From positions 12,966 through 28,226 of the forward strand of contig JBHEMM010000033.1 of assembly GCA_046262595.1 (NCBI GenBank): a stretch of 15,261 nucleotides of DNA, read 5' to 3'. The notes beneath the pieces were generated by a model. It saw nothing but the letters and a program-made list of their open reading frames with translations, was not told the DNA's origin and made no database searches. The first letter of the stretch is position 1, and each line of letters starts with the position of its first letter. Made by a program: the position numbers and the translations under genes. Of this stretch, positions 6,740 through 15,121 are shown one piece after another. This DNA is from Vulcanimicrobiaceae bacterium (GTDB taxonomy: Bacteria; Vulcanimicrobiota; Vulcanimicrobiia; Vulcanimicrobiales; Vulcanimicrobiaceae).

Positions 6740-7225
6740 ATGCGTACGGTCATCACTTTGACCCTCGCCCTGGCCCTCGCCGCCCCCATCGCGGCGGCTG
6801 CGAGCGGTGCAGGCTCCGACTTGCAAAATATGGTCGCGAACTATGGCAACGTGCAATCGGTGCGTGTGATCGAGCGCTTCGAGAACGGCGCGCTTGCAAC
6901 TGTCGACGTGCTGCCCGGCGGACAATACCGTATCGCCGAATCGGGCGGCCAAGACGCGGCGCTGATTTTACATATCGCGACGGCGCCGGTTGACGGCGCC
7001 CGCTGGGATGGCACCGACGCGGTCAAACCGCTCGGTCGAAAAACGATTGAAGGCATAAGTGCCCTCGGTTATTCGGTCAAATCGGCCGATGGCGAATTCA
7101 CCGAAACGCTTTGGGTCAATCGCGCCACGCAGTTGCCGATCAGTTCGCACGTTGCGACGCAAGGTCATCAGATCGACGTGACCTACGGGAACTACAACAA
7201 TACGACCTTGATCGCTAAACCGTAG
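6740..7225 (+). CDS. secreted protein, possible compact LolA/LprG-like beta-sheet fold
   Basis: GGAGGA RBS then ATG 6740. Signal peptide MRTVITLTLALALAAPIAAAA. C-terminal LG..TIEG....Y...TLWV....LP.......VTY.NYN....I..P pattern. Confidence 0.75.
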   Translation: MRTVITLTLALALAAPIAAAASGAGSDLQNMVANYGNVQSVRVIERFENGALATVDVLPGGQYRIAESGGQDAALILHIATAPVDGARWDGTDAVKPLGRKTIEGISALGYSVKSADGEFTETLWVNRATQLPISSHVATQGHQIDVTYGNYNNTTLIAKP

Positions 7226-7574
7226 ATCTTGCCCGCTCGTCGCGGAACGTGTGCGAGACGATAAAGCCGACAACCATCATCACGATCGCGCCGATAAGCG
7301 CCGGGCCGAAGCCATCGACTTTAAAGCCCGGCGCTATCCATGCAGCGAGCATGAACATCAAAGCGTTCACCACGATAACGAAAAGGCCGAGCGTCAAAAG
7401 CGTGAGCGGCAGCGTGAGCAACAGCACGAGCGGACGGATGATGGCGTTCACGATGCCGAAGATCAGCGCCGCGATGAGGGCCGCGGTCGCTCCGGCGACA
7501 TGAATTCCCGGAACGAAACGCGGCAGAAGATAAAAAACGATGGCCGTTATGAAAAGGCGTATGAGAAAGTTCAC
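7215..7574 (-). CDS. YvlD-type membrane protein (phage holin family 4)
   Basis: GTG 7574 with AGGAG RBS. Signature ALIFGIVNAIIRPLVLLLTLPLTLLTLGLFVIVVNALM...PGFKVDGFGPALIGAI. Confidence 0.92.
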   Translation of the reverse strand: MNFLIRLFITAIVFYLLPRFVPGIHVAGATAALIAALIFGIVNAIIRPLVLLLTLPLTLLTLGLFVIVVNALMFMLAAWIAPGFKVDGFGPALIGAIVMMVVGFIVSHTFRDERARSTV

Positions 7575-7576
7575 TG

Positions 7577-9541
7577 CTATTCTCCTAATGCGGCCTTGAC
7601 CGATGCGGCCAAAGCGGGCGTCATCCCTTTGACGGCCGCAATTTCGTCCACGCTTGCGCGTTTGATCGCAGGCAGGGAACCGAAGGCGGTTAGGAGCCGC
7701 TTCTTGCGTACCGGACCGACCCCTGCAAGCGCATCGAGCGCCGATTGCGTCATTGTTTTTGCGCGCCGCTGGCGGTGGAACGTCACGGCGAAGCGGTGGG
7801 CCTCGTCGCGAACGCGCATCACCAAGTGAAGCGCGGCCGAGTTCGGCGGCAGCACGATAGGCTCGGGCTGCCCCGGCACATACAGCCACTCGTGCTCTTT
7901 TGCAAGTCCCGCCACCGGTATGCCGGTCATGTCAAGTTCTTCCATTACCTCGAGCACCGCGCTGAGCTGGCCTTTGCCGCCGTCGATGAGCAGCAGATCC
8001 GGCTTTTTATTAAACTTTTCACTTTTCGCAAGTTCCGCTTGTTCGGGGGTGACGGTATTGTCCGTGCGCGCGCGCAAGTAGCGTAGGCGGCGGCGCAGCG
8101 TTTCCTGCATCATCGCGAAGTCGTTCGGGCCTTTATCGTACTGAATTTTAAACTTACGGTATTCGCTCTTCTTCGCGCGCCCTTCGACGAACACAACCAT
8201 CGAACTGACCGGGTTCGTTCCTTGAATGTTTGAGATGTCGTAGCATTCGATGCGGTGCGGCGGCCCGGGCAGCTCCAGCGCGTCCGCGAGTTCGGTGAGC
8301 GAGCGGGCTTGCGCGCTTTCCTGCACTTCTTGATGAGCCAGAAATGCCTTGAGATTCTGCTGCGCGTTCTTCTCCACGAGCCGCATATATTCGGCACGAT
8401 CGCCGCGCTGCGGAACGAGCATGCGTACGCGCACGCCTTTGATCTCGGTGAGCCAGCTTTCGATGACGCTCGCGTCTGCGGGCAGCGCCTGAACGAGGAT
8501 TTCTTTGGGAATCGCGCTCGCGCTGCCGCGCGACCGGCGCACCTTGAACGCAACGGGTGACTGGTTGTCGCGCGCTTCGCGCACGGCCGCAAGCGGTGAG
8601 GATCCGCGCGCTTCCGGCGCGCTTGCGGTGCGCGCCGTATAAAACTGTTTTGCGAATTCGCTGAACAGCACCGCATCGGCTTGTTCGTGCACCCCGTCCA
8701 GGATAAAATGCTCTTGACCGATGAGTTTGCCGCCGCGCACCAAAAACACTTGCATGCACGCCTGCCCTTGCGCGCGCGCCACCGCGACCAAATCCATATC
8801 CAGCCGCGAGCGCCACACCACCTTCTGCGCTTCGGTCACGCGGCGCACGGCGACGATGCGGTCGCGCATGCGCGCGGCTGTTTCAAAGTTGTAGCCGTGC
8901 GCAGCCAAAATCATCTCGTCCTGCAGCCGCGCGAGCAGCGAGTCTTGTTTGCCTTCCAAAAACAGAACGACTTCTTCGATCATACGATCGTAATCCGCTT
9001 GCGACTGATAGCCCACGCATGGAGCCAAGCAGCGTTTGATGTGGTACTGCAGGCACGGGCGGCGGCGGCGCCCGTCGATCGGTTCGGGGCACGTGCGCAG
9101 AGGAAACACCAATCGCACCAGGTCGACCAGCTCGCGCAAACCGTGCGCATTGGTGTACGGGCCGAAGTAGCGCGCGCCGTCGTCTTTGACCACACGCGTG
9201 AAGACAACGCGCGGAAACCGTTCATTCGTCACTTTGAGATACGGATAGCGCTTATCGTCGCGCAGGCGCACGTTGTACGGCGGCTGATAGCGCTTGATGA
9301 GGTTCGCTTCCAGGATGAGCGCTTCGACTTCGTTCGATACGACGATCGTGCGCACGTCGCACACACGCTCCACCATCGCCTGCGTGCGCACATGGTGCGC
9401 AGCGCTCTCTTGAAAATACGATCGCACGCGGCTGCGCAGCGACACGGCTTTGCCGATGTACAGCACGTCACCGCGCTCGTCCAGCATCATATAGACGCCC
9501 GGGCTGTCGGGAACTTGCCTCAGAGTCTCAGACAGGGGCAT
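7577..9541 (-). CDS. uvrC: excinuclease ABC subunit C
   Basis: GIY-YIG domain (PGVY...LYIGKA..LRSRVRSYF, EALILE.NLIK), Cys cluster, UVR domain, RNase H-like domain (RIECYDISN, PDLLLIDGGKGQ), RDEAHRFA and HhH. Confidence 0.99.
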   Translation of the reverse strand: MPLSETLRQVPDSPGVYMMLDERGDVLYIGKAVSLRSRVRSYFQESAAHHVRTQAMVERVCDVRTIVVSNEVEALILEANLIKRYQPPYNVRLRDDKRYPYLKVTNERFPRVVFTRVVKDDGARYFGPYTNAHGLRELVDLVRLVFPLRTCPEPIDGRRRRPCLQYHIKRCLAPCVGYQSQADYDRMIEEVVLFLEGKQDSLLARLQDEMILAAHGYNFETAARMRDRIVAVRRVTEAQKVVWRSRLDMDLVAVARAQGQACMQVFLVRGGKLIGQEHFILDGVHEQADAVLFSEFAKQFYTARTASAPEARGSSPLAAVREARDNQSPVAFKVRRSRGSASAIPKEILVQALPADASVIESWLTEIKGVRVRMLVPQRGDRAEYMRLVEKNAQQNLKAFLAHQEVQESAQARSLTELADALELPGPPHRIECYDISNIQGTNPVSSMVVFVEGRAKKSEYRKFKIQYDKGPNDFAMMQETLRRRLRYLRARTDNTVTPEQAELAKSEKFNKKPDLLLIDGGKGQLSAVLEVMEELDMTGIPVAGLAKEHEWLYVPGQPEPIVLPPNSAALHLVMRVRDEAHRFAVTFHRQRRAKTMTQSALDALAGVGPVRKKRLLTAFGSLPAIKRASVDEIAAVKGMTPALAASVKAALGE

Positions 9542-9562
9542 GTGCTCTCCTTCGCCGTGCGG

Positions 9563-10180
9563 CTACGGAGTGCTGGTTTGCGCCTTACGGCTGCGCCGGA
9601 CCAGAGCGTAAGCGACCGCTGCAAGCACAGCGAGTGCGGCCAGCCCGAGCGCGATCTTTCCGAATGAAGCGGTGAGCGCTTCGGAATGCGCGCCCAGCGC
9701 ATAGCCGGCATAAATAAAGCCGCCGCAGAACAGGGTGGAGCCCAGAAGCGTCCACAGATAGAACGGCACAAGCGGCATCTCCGCGATGCCGGCGGCAATA
9801 CCGACCACGCCGCGGACCACCGGAACGAAACGGCATAGAAAGATTGCAATGTTGCCGTAACGCGTGAAGAAGCCGTGCACGCGATCCATGTCGTTGTTAT
9901 GAAAGCGCACGTACTTTCCGAACCGCTCGATGAACGGACGCCCGCCGAATCTTCCGACCGCGTAACCGATGCTTTGGCCCGCTAGCTCGGCAACCACGGC
10001 AACCACGATGCAGATCCAAACGTTCGAAAGATAACCCTTCGCCGCAAACGCACCCGAAGCCGGAAGAATGATCTCGCTGCCGATCGGCGCCCCGATGTTG
10101 GCGAGCGTCATCGCTACAAAAAGGCCGCCGTAGCCGAAATGCCGCAGCAGATCCAGAAAGAACTGCGTTAAGGCGTGCAT
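9563..10180 (-). CDS. DedA-family membrane protein
   Basis: Start ATG 10180 (MHALTQF). Motifs PIGSEIILPASG, YAVGRFGGRP, F.RYG...IFLCRFVPVVR. Confidence 0.93.
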   Translation of the reverse strand: MHALTQFFLDLLRHFGYGGLFVAMTLANIGAPIGSEIILPASGAFAAKGYLSNVWICIVVAVVAELAGQSIGYAVGRFGGRPFIERFGKYVRFHNNDMDRVHGFFTRYGNIAIFLCRFVPVVRGVVGIAAGIAEMPLVPFYLWTLLGSTLFCGGFIYAGYALGAHSEALTASFGKIALGLAALAVLAAVAYALVRRSRKAQTSTP

Positions 10181-10554
10181 CGGGTTTTCCGGAGGATCCC
10201 CGCGGCGGCGCTTGCGCCTTCGGCAAGAATCGCTTCGAGCAGATCGCACGGTTCGATGTTGCGCTCGCCGGCGCGTTCGCCGGCTAAAGCGACGACGGTG
10301 CGCACGCGCGGCGTCACGAGGATACCCTCCCACAGGCGGTCGTCGCCCGTGCCCAAAGCGCGCCGTAGTTCGGAGTGCGCTTCGCCTGCATCGATGTTAT
10401 TCTCGCACAGCCATTGCAAAACAGACTCGTCTTGCTCTTCGAGCAAGGCGACCGTCAAATGTTCGACACCGACGTAGTAATGGTTGTGGTTGCGGCACTG
10501 TTGTTCGGCGGCGCGCAAAACGCGTCCCGACGCCGGACTGAATTTCGAAAACAA
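10168..10554 (-). CDS. stand-alone Clp N-terminal (Clp-R repeat) domain protein
   Basis: (M)FSKFS....RVL..AEQQCR..NHYYVGVEHL.VALL and a second repeat TPRVRTVVALA......IEPCDLLEAIL.EG.S.AA.IL. No AAA+ domain. The TTG start is inferred. Confidence 0.85.
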   Translation of the reverse strand: MFSKFSPASGRVLRAAEQQCRNHNHYYVGVEHLTVALLEEQDESVLQWLCENNIDAGEAHSELRRALGTGDDRLWEGILVTPRVRTVVALAGERAGERNIEPCDLLEAILAEGASAAAGILRKTRCTP

Positions 10555-10601
10555 TTCGCTGCGCGCCGCGAGCCTCTTTATAAAGAAGAGAGGGAGTAAA
10601 C

Positions 10602-10678
10602 TGGTCGGGGCGACTGGATTCGAACCAGCGACCTCTTCGTCCCGAACGAAGCGCTCTACCAAGCTGAGCCACGCCCCG
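10602..10678 (-). tRNA. tRNA-Pro (anticodon CGG)
   Basis: CGGGGCGTGGCTCAGCTTGGTAGAGCGCTTCGTTCGGGACGAAGAGGTCGCTGGTTCGAATCCAGTCGCCCCGACCA. 77-nt cloverleaf, anticodon loop TTCGGGA, encoded CCA. Confidence 0.99.
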
Positions 10679-10779
10679 GCAGCGCCGGTGGAAAACGACC
10701 AACCCGAAGTTCGGGCGGCTCTTGCCCCCTCCTGCCCCGGACGGGAGACCGCCTCAAGGTATCAGAAGAGCGAACGGTT

Positions 10780-11466
10780 ATGCGTTATCTCATCGTGGGG
10801 TGCGGCCGCGTCGGCTCGACCTTGGCGAAGTTGCTCGAAGCCGACAGCCACGAAATGATCGTCGTCGATGAAAACCCTGCCGCGTTCAAACGCTTGGGCG
10901 CAAAATTCAAGGGTCATGTCGTCGTCGGTACCGGAATCGATTACGATCTCCTCAAACGCGCGGGCGCTGCGAGCGCGCAGGGCTTTATTGCGGTCACGAA
11001 CGGCGATAACCGCAACGTGATGGCTGCTTTAATCGCGCAGCGCATGTTCCACATCAAGAAAATCGTCGCACGCATTTACGATCCGACGCGCGGCATGATG
11101 TACCGGGAGCTCGGCATCGACACGGTTTGTCCCACCACCATCGGCGCGAAACTCATTCGCGACATGCTCATGGAAGCGCCGTGGGATACGCTGCAGTCGT
11201 TCGACTTCGGCAAAGTCACCTCGCTCACGGCCGTGGTCCAAGCGGACGATGCCGGCAAACGCGTGAGCGAACTGGAACGCGCCGGACGCATCCGCATTGC
11301 CGCCGTGCGAACCGGAAAAACCGTGCGCGTGGCGGCGGACGACACCGTTCTGGCGGAGGGCGATGAAATCAACGCGATCGTTTCGCCCGACGGCATCTCG
11401 GAGTTCACGCAGCTTTTCAACATCGAACGGCCCGCCCCCAACGGCTCGGTGGGAAGCGCGCGCTAA
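10780..11466 (+). CDS. TrkA/KtrA-family potassium transport regulatory subunit (RCK_N plus degenerate RCK_C)
   Basis: IVGCGRVG Rossmann motif, AVTNGDNRN, VARIYDP.R...YRELGI.TVCPT, C-terminal DTVL.EGD. Confidence 0.92.
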   Translation: MRYLIVGCGRVGSTLAKLLEADSHEMIVVDENPAAFKRLGAKFKGHVVVGTGIDYDLLKRAGAASAQGFIAVTNGDNRNVMAALIAQRMFHIKKIVARIYDPTRGMMYRELGIDTVCPTTIGAKLIRDMLMEAPWDTLQSFDFGKVTSLTAVVQADDAGKRVSELERAGRIRIAAVRTGKTVRVAADDTVLAEGDEINAIVSPDGISEFTQLFNIERPAPNGSVGSAR

Positions 11467-11877
11467 ATGTTTGTTGTGATCGTCGGCGGCGGAAAAGTCG
11501 GTTCGTACTTAGCGCGCGCGCTGCTCAAGCAGCACCACGAGGTGGTGCTCGTCGAAAAAATCGAGCGCAAAGCCGCGTTGCTCGAGCAGGTTTTGGAACA
11601 AAAAGTCGCCGTCGTCGGTGACGGCTGCGACCCGCTGGTGCTCGAGCAAGCCGGCGCGGCGCGTGCGGACGTCGTCGTCGCGGACACCGGCGACGATGAA
11701 GACAATCTGGTCGTGTGCCTGATCAGCAAACGGCTTTCGAAAGCACGCTGCATTGCGCGCGTGAACAATCCGGCGAATAAACAAGTCTTCGAATCCTTGG
11801 ACAGCGGCGATCCGATCACGGTCATCTCCACAACGGAGATCATTTTGGACGCGCTTTCCTCGAAGATCGGCGCTTAA
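11467..11877 (+). CDS. TrkA-family protein, RCK_N domain only
   Basis: IVGGGKVG, GDGCDP.VLEQAG..RADVVVA.TGDDEDNLV.C, IARVNNP.N. The protein ends at 136 aa. Confidence 0.92.
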   Translation: MFVVIVGGGKVGSYLARALLKQHHEVVLVEKIERKAALLEQVLEQKVAVVGDGCDPLVLEQAGAARADVVVADTGDDEDNLVVCLISKRLSKARCIARVNNPANKQVFESLDSGDPITVISTTEIILDALSSKIGA

Positions 11878-12926
11878 AGGTCGAATTTTTCCAAACGGCG
11901 CCGCAGCGTAAGCGAGGCCGCAACGATGCTTAGTACGGCGACGGCGAACGTCGCATCGACAAGCGCGGCGCGCTGGGCAAGGGCGGCCGGCGTTGCCAGG
12001 GCGAGCGCCACGCAGAGGGCACCGCGAATGCCGGCCATGCGCACGACGGTCATCCACATCGCTTTAAGGCGCTCCCGCGCGAGCTGCAGCAACCCGTAGG
12101 CAAGCACCGCGCGGGCGAGCAGAACCGCCGCGATTGTGGCGGTAACGACGCTCATATGAGCGCGCATCTCGGTAAAGTCCACGGCCGCGCCGAGCAAAAA
12201 GAACAGCACGAGGTTCGCGATGACGGCCAGCTTGGCCCAAAACTGCACGACCGCGCGAGCGCTTTGCACGCTCAGACGGCGCCGCTCGAGTTCCCGAAGC
12301 GTGGCGGCAAATGCGATCACGGCAAAAATGCCCGACCATCCCCAACGTTCACAGAACAGGTAACTTCCGTACGCGCCGGCCGCCGTTGCCGCGCATTGCA
12401 GCCACGGCGCGACGGCTTTGCGCAACGCAACCGACGCAAGCCAGCCGAGCGCCGCACCCGCAATCAACCCCGCAAGAACGCCGATGCCCGCCAACAGCGC
12501 AGCGCCCGCAAGGAGCGCACGGTAGAGCACCACCGCCATTGCGTCGTTGAGCAGCGACTCGGATTCAACGATCGCCGACAAACCGGCGGGCACGCGCAGT
12601 TGCCGGAAGATTGCCACCACCGCTATCGGATCCGTGGCGCTCAAGACGGCTCCGAGCAAAAGCGCCGTTTGCCAAGCAAGTCCCGCCCCATGGGTTACGA
12701 TCGCAATAATTCCCGCGGTGATGAAGACGCCGGGCAACGCCAACAGAGCGACCGGTTTCCAATGCGAGCGCACCTCATGCGCATCCACGCCCCACGCCGC
12801 CTCGAAAATGAGCGCCGGCAAAAACACCGAGAGGGTCACCATGCCGAAGAACGCTCCCAAACGCCCGTGCGTCAGAGCGCCCGCGATCACGCCCGCCAAA
12901 ACAACCGCGCCGTAGCCGAGGGCCAT
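11874..12926 (-). CDS. CPA1-family Na+(K+)/H+ antiporter
   Basis: FLPALIFEAA, LLGAVLSATDPIAV, IVESESLLNDA, GIRGAL. ATG 12926 overlaps the radical SAM stop (TGATG). Confidence 0.93.
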   Translation of the reverse strand: MALGYGAVVLAGVIAGALTHGRLGAFFGMVTLSVFLPALIFEAAWGVDAHEVRSHWKPVALLALPGVFITAGIIAIVTHGAGLAWQTALLLGAVLSATDPIAVVAIFRQLRVPAGLSAIVESESLLNDAMAVVLYRALLAGAALLAGIGVLAGLIAGAALGWLASVALRKAVAPWLQCAATAAGAYGSYLFCERWGWSGIFAVIAFAATLRELERRRLSVQSARAVVQFWAKLAVIANLVLFFLLGAAVDFTEMRAHMSVVTATIAAVLLARAVLAYGLLQLARERLKAMWMTVVRMAGIRGALCVALALATPAALAQRAALVDATFAVAVLSIVAASLTLRRRLEKFDL

Positions 12927-14134
12927 CAATGCGTATGCGTGAAGTTGCCGACGGCCGCGCCGCATTGGCGAATCGCCGCAATTGCCGCGCGCATTCCAAT
13001 GGGGCGCGCCGGCCGGCCGACTGTCGAGAAGTACCACTCCGGATCGATGTTGAGCGTGCGCGTCTGCACCATCGAGATGGGCGTCCGTTTCAAAAACGTC
13101 TGCATTGCCGCCACTTCTTCTTCCTCGTCGGTAACGCCCGGATGCGTCAGAAGATTGAGGGAAACGAGCAAGCCGGCTTCACTGGCGACGCGAACCGACT
13201 CCAGCACGTCGTCAAGCGCGTATCGAGCAGGCCGGTAGTACGCCGCGTACACGCGCGGGCGGAACGAATTCAAACTGATGCGGACCGCTTGCAAGCCGGC
13301 CTCGATGCAGCGCCGCAGCGCGGACGGCATGCTGCCGTTCGTGTTGAGATTGATCGTCCCGTTGGCGCGCTGCGCGCGGATGGCGGTGATTGCCTGCGCA
13401 ATGACCGTCGAGCGCAGCAGCGGTTCGCCCTCGCACCCTTGGCCGAACGAAACGATGCCGTCAGGCACGCGCTCCAAGTGGTGCACGGCAACGCGTGCCA
13501 GTTCGTCCGCCGTCGTTTCAAAAGCGATGCGAACCTGCGGTGCGGGGAACTTCGCCTCAGGTTCTTGTTCCGAAATACATCCGACGCACCGCGCATTGCA
13601 CTTGGGAGAAACCGGAAGCGCCGCTTCACCCTGCTCTAAAAATACGTTTTGCGCGGTGAAGCAGCCGTACTCACGCGAACACAACGCGACCTGAGAAAGC
13701 ACGCGGTTCAAACGGTCGCTCTGCAGCCGCTCGTAAACGATCCGCTCGAGCTCGCCCTCACCGAAGGTGCGCGGGCGCCAGTCGTCGCGCTCGTCCGTCT
13801 GCATGGCGGCAACGTGCAGCTCGTCGTCCACGGCGCACGCGAACGTATAACCGAAGAGCGGCAGCGCCGGTGCGCCTCCTTCGCGCTCGTAGGCCGGGAG
13901 TAGCAAACGCGTATAGCCGGCCGGAAGCATCGCCGCAAGCGCAAAGCGGCGCTTCGCGACGCCGCCGCGCAAGCGCGGCCGGCGCCCCGGGAGTACCATG
14001 GGCACCGTTCCTTGCGGCGCCGGAATCAATTCCTCGCGCTGTACGGCGCGGATGATGCCACCGTCGGCAAGCGGTTCGCGCGATTCGTCGAAATAGATGC
14101 GCCCAGCCGCATCACAATAGGCAAGCCCGATCAT
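12926..14134 (-). CDS. radical SAM protein, uncharacterised family
   Basis: CxxxCxxC (CNARCVGC), SFGQGCEGEP, NLNTNGS, and an additional C...YGCFTAQN. Confidence 0.92.
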   Translation of the reverse strand: MIGLAYCDAAGRIYFDESREPLADGGIIRAVQREELIPAPQGTVPMVLPGRRPRLRGGVAKRRFALAAMLPAGYTRLLLPAYEREGGAPALPLFGYTFACAVDDELHVAAMQTDERDDWRPRTFGEGELERIVYERLQSDRLNRVLSQVALCSREYGCFTAQNVFLEQGEAALPVSPKCNARCVGCISEQEPEAKFPAPQVRIAFETTADELARVAVHHLERVPDGIVSFGQGCEGEPLLRSTVIAQAITAIRAQRANGTINLNTNGSMPSALRRCIEAGLQAVRISLNSFRPRVYAAYYRPARYALDDVLESVRVASEAGLLVSLNLLTHPGVTDEEEEVAAMQTFLKRTPISMVQTRTLNIDPEWYFSTVGRPARPIGMRAAIAAIRQCGAAVGNFTHTH

Positions 14135-14559
14135 AAGTCTTTGCCGAAAACCGTTTGTGTTTTGAGCGCACGGTAGCCGTTGCGCAGATAAAAACGGTGC
14201 GCGCGTTCGCGAACGGCATTTGACGCAACGCGCACCTGCGTACAGCCGCGGCGCCGCGCCCAGCTTTCCGCCGCAGCCGCTAAAAGCGTGCCGGTTCCGG
14301 ATCCCCGGTATTCATCTTCCACCACCAGACCTTCGATCTCCGCGCGAGCGCCGGAGAGCAGCGAGAGCCGAACGCTCACGCTGATCCAGCCGACGACGCC
14401 GGCGCGCGGAACGACCGCAACATACAGCGCGCTATCCGGACGCGGCAGCGCGAGCACATGCTCGACGTGTTCGAGCGGCACGTTATAACCGAGTTGGCCG
14501 CACAACTGCGCAATGCGCTGCGCATCGCCGGCGAGCGCTTCACGAACGGATGGTTGCAT
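14131..14559 (-). CDS. GNAT-family N-acetyltransferase
   Basis: LVVEDEYRGSGTG..L..AAE.WAR.RG, R.RAHRFYLRNGY. ATGA overlap with the radical SAM start. Confidence 0.93.
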   Translation of the reverse strand: MQPSVREALAGDAQRIAQLCGQLGYNVPLEHVEHVLALPRPDSALYVAVVPRAGVVGWISVSVRLSLLSGARAEIEGLVVEDEYRGSGTGTLLAAAAESWARRRGCTQVRVASNAVRERAHRFYLRNGYRALKTQTVFGKDL

Positions 14560-15121
14560 CGAACACGGGCTCCGCGGGCCCGGTCAAAAACGCATCGCTC
14601 GTGCCGTCCCACTCGACGAGCAGTTCGCCGCCCGGGACGCGCACCGTCACCGGCGATCGCGCGATGCCGCGGCGAATCGCGGCAATAGCGGCTGCCGCCG
14701 AACCCGTTCCGCATGCCTGCGTCAAACCGGCTCCGCGCTCGTGATGACGCACGTCCAAAGCGCCCGCGGAGGCTGAAACGGCATGCACGTTGAGGTGCGG
14801 CGCGCGCGCGCCCAGCGCGAGCAGGTCCGCGTCCGCCGCCGATTCCACAAAGACGACGGCGTGCGGATTGCCCACTGTCAGAACATCCGCATTGTCGAAC
14901 AGCGGCGCACCGTGAAGAAACACGGGCGGACCAACGTTGATGCGCACCAAGAACGGCTGCGCGGATACGACGGCGGTTTCAATCACCCCGGCGATCGTTT
15001 CGATGCGGCGGTTTGCGCCCTCGGCGCGATCGAAAAAGTAGCGCGCGAGACAACGGATGCCGTTGCCGCACATTTCGGCTTCGCTGCCGTCGCTGTTGAT
15101 GATGCGCATGCGCGCGTCGGC
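14540..15121 (-). pseudogene. dapF: diaminopimelate epimerase lacking its N-terminal ~55-60 residues
   Basis: ADARMRIINSDGSEAEMCGNGIRC, VGNPHAVVF, ERGAGLTQACGTG, PGG.L.VEW and LTGPA are present. The N-terminal KMHG.GNDF segment is not seen upstream. Confidence 0.8.

Noticed and set aside
7215..7574. Holin as evidence of a prophage
   Set aside because: The YvlD-type family is usually chromosomal. The gene is coupled to uvrC and there are no phage genes nearby.
10555..10662. N-terminal extension of the Clp-N ORF as given in the ORF track
   Set aside because: It overlaps tRNA-Pro. Homology begins at FSKFS (TTG 10554).
10679..10779. c-di-AMP (ydaO) riboswitch upstream of the trkA genes
   Set aside because: The region is too short and lacks the conserved ydaO motifs. 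Only a small CCCGAA-g-TTCGGG stem is present.
8681..13238. Long antisense ORFs (8681-9667, 12156-13238 and similar)
   Set aside because: These are shadow frames of well-supported genes in GC-rich DNA with no recognisable motifs.
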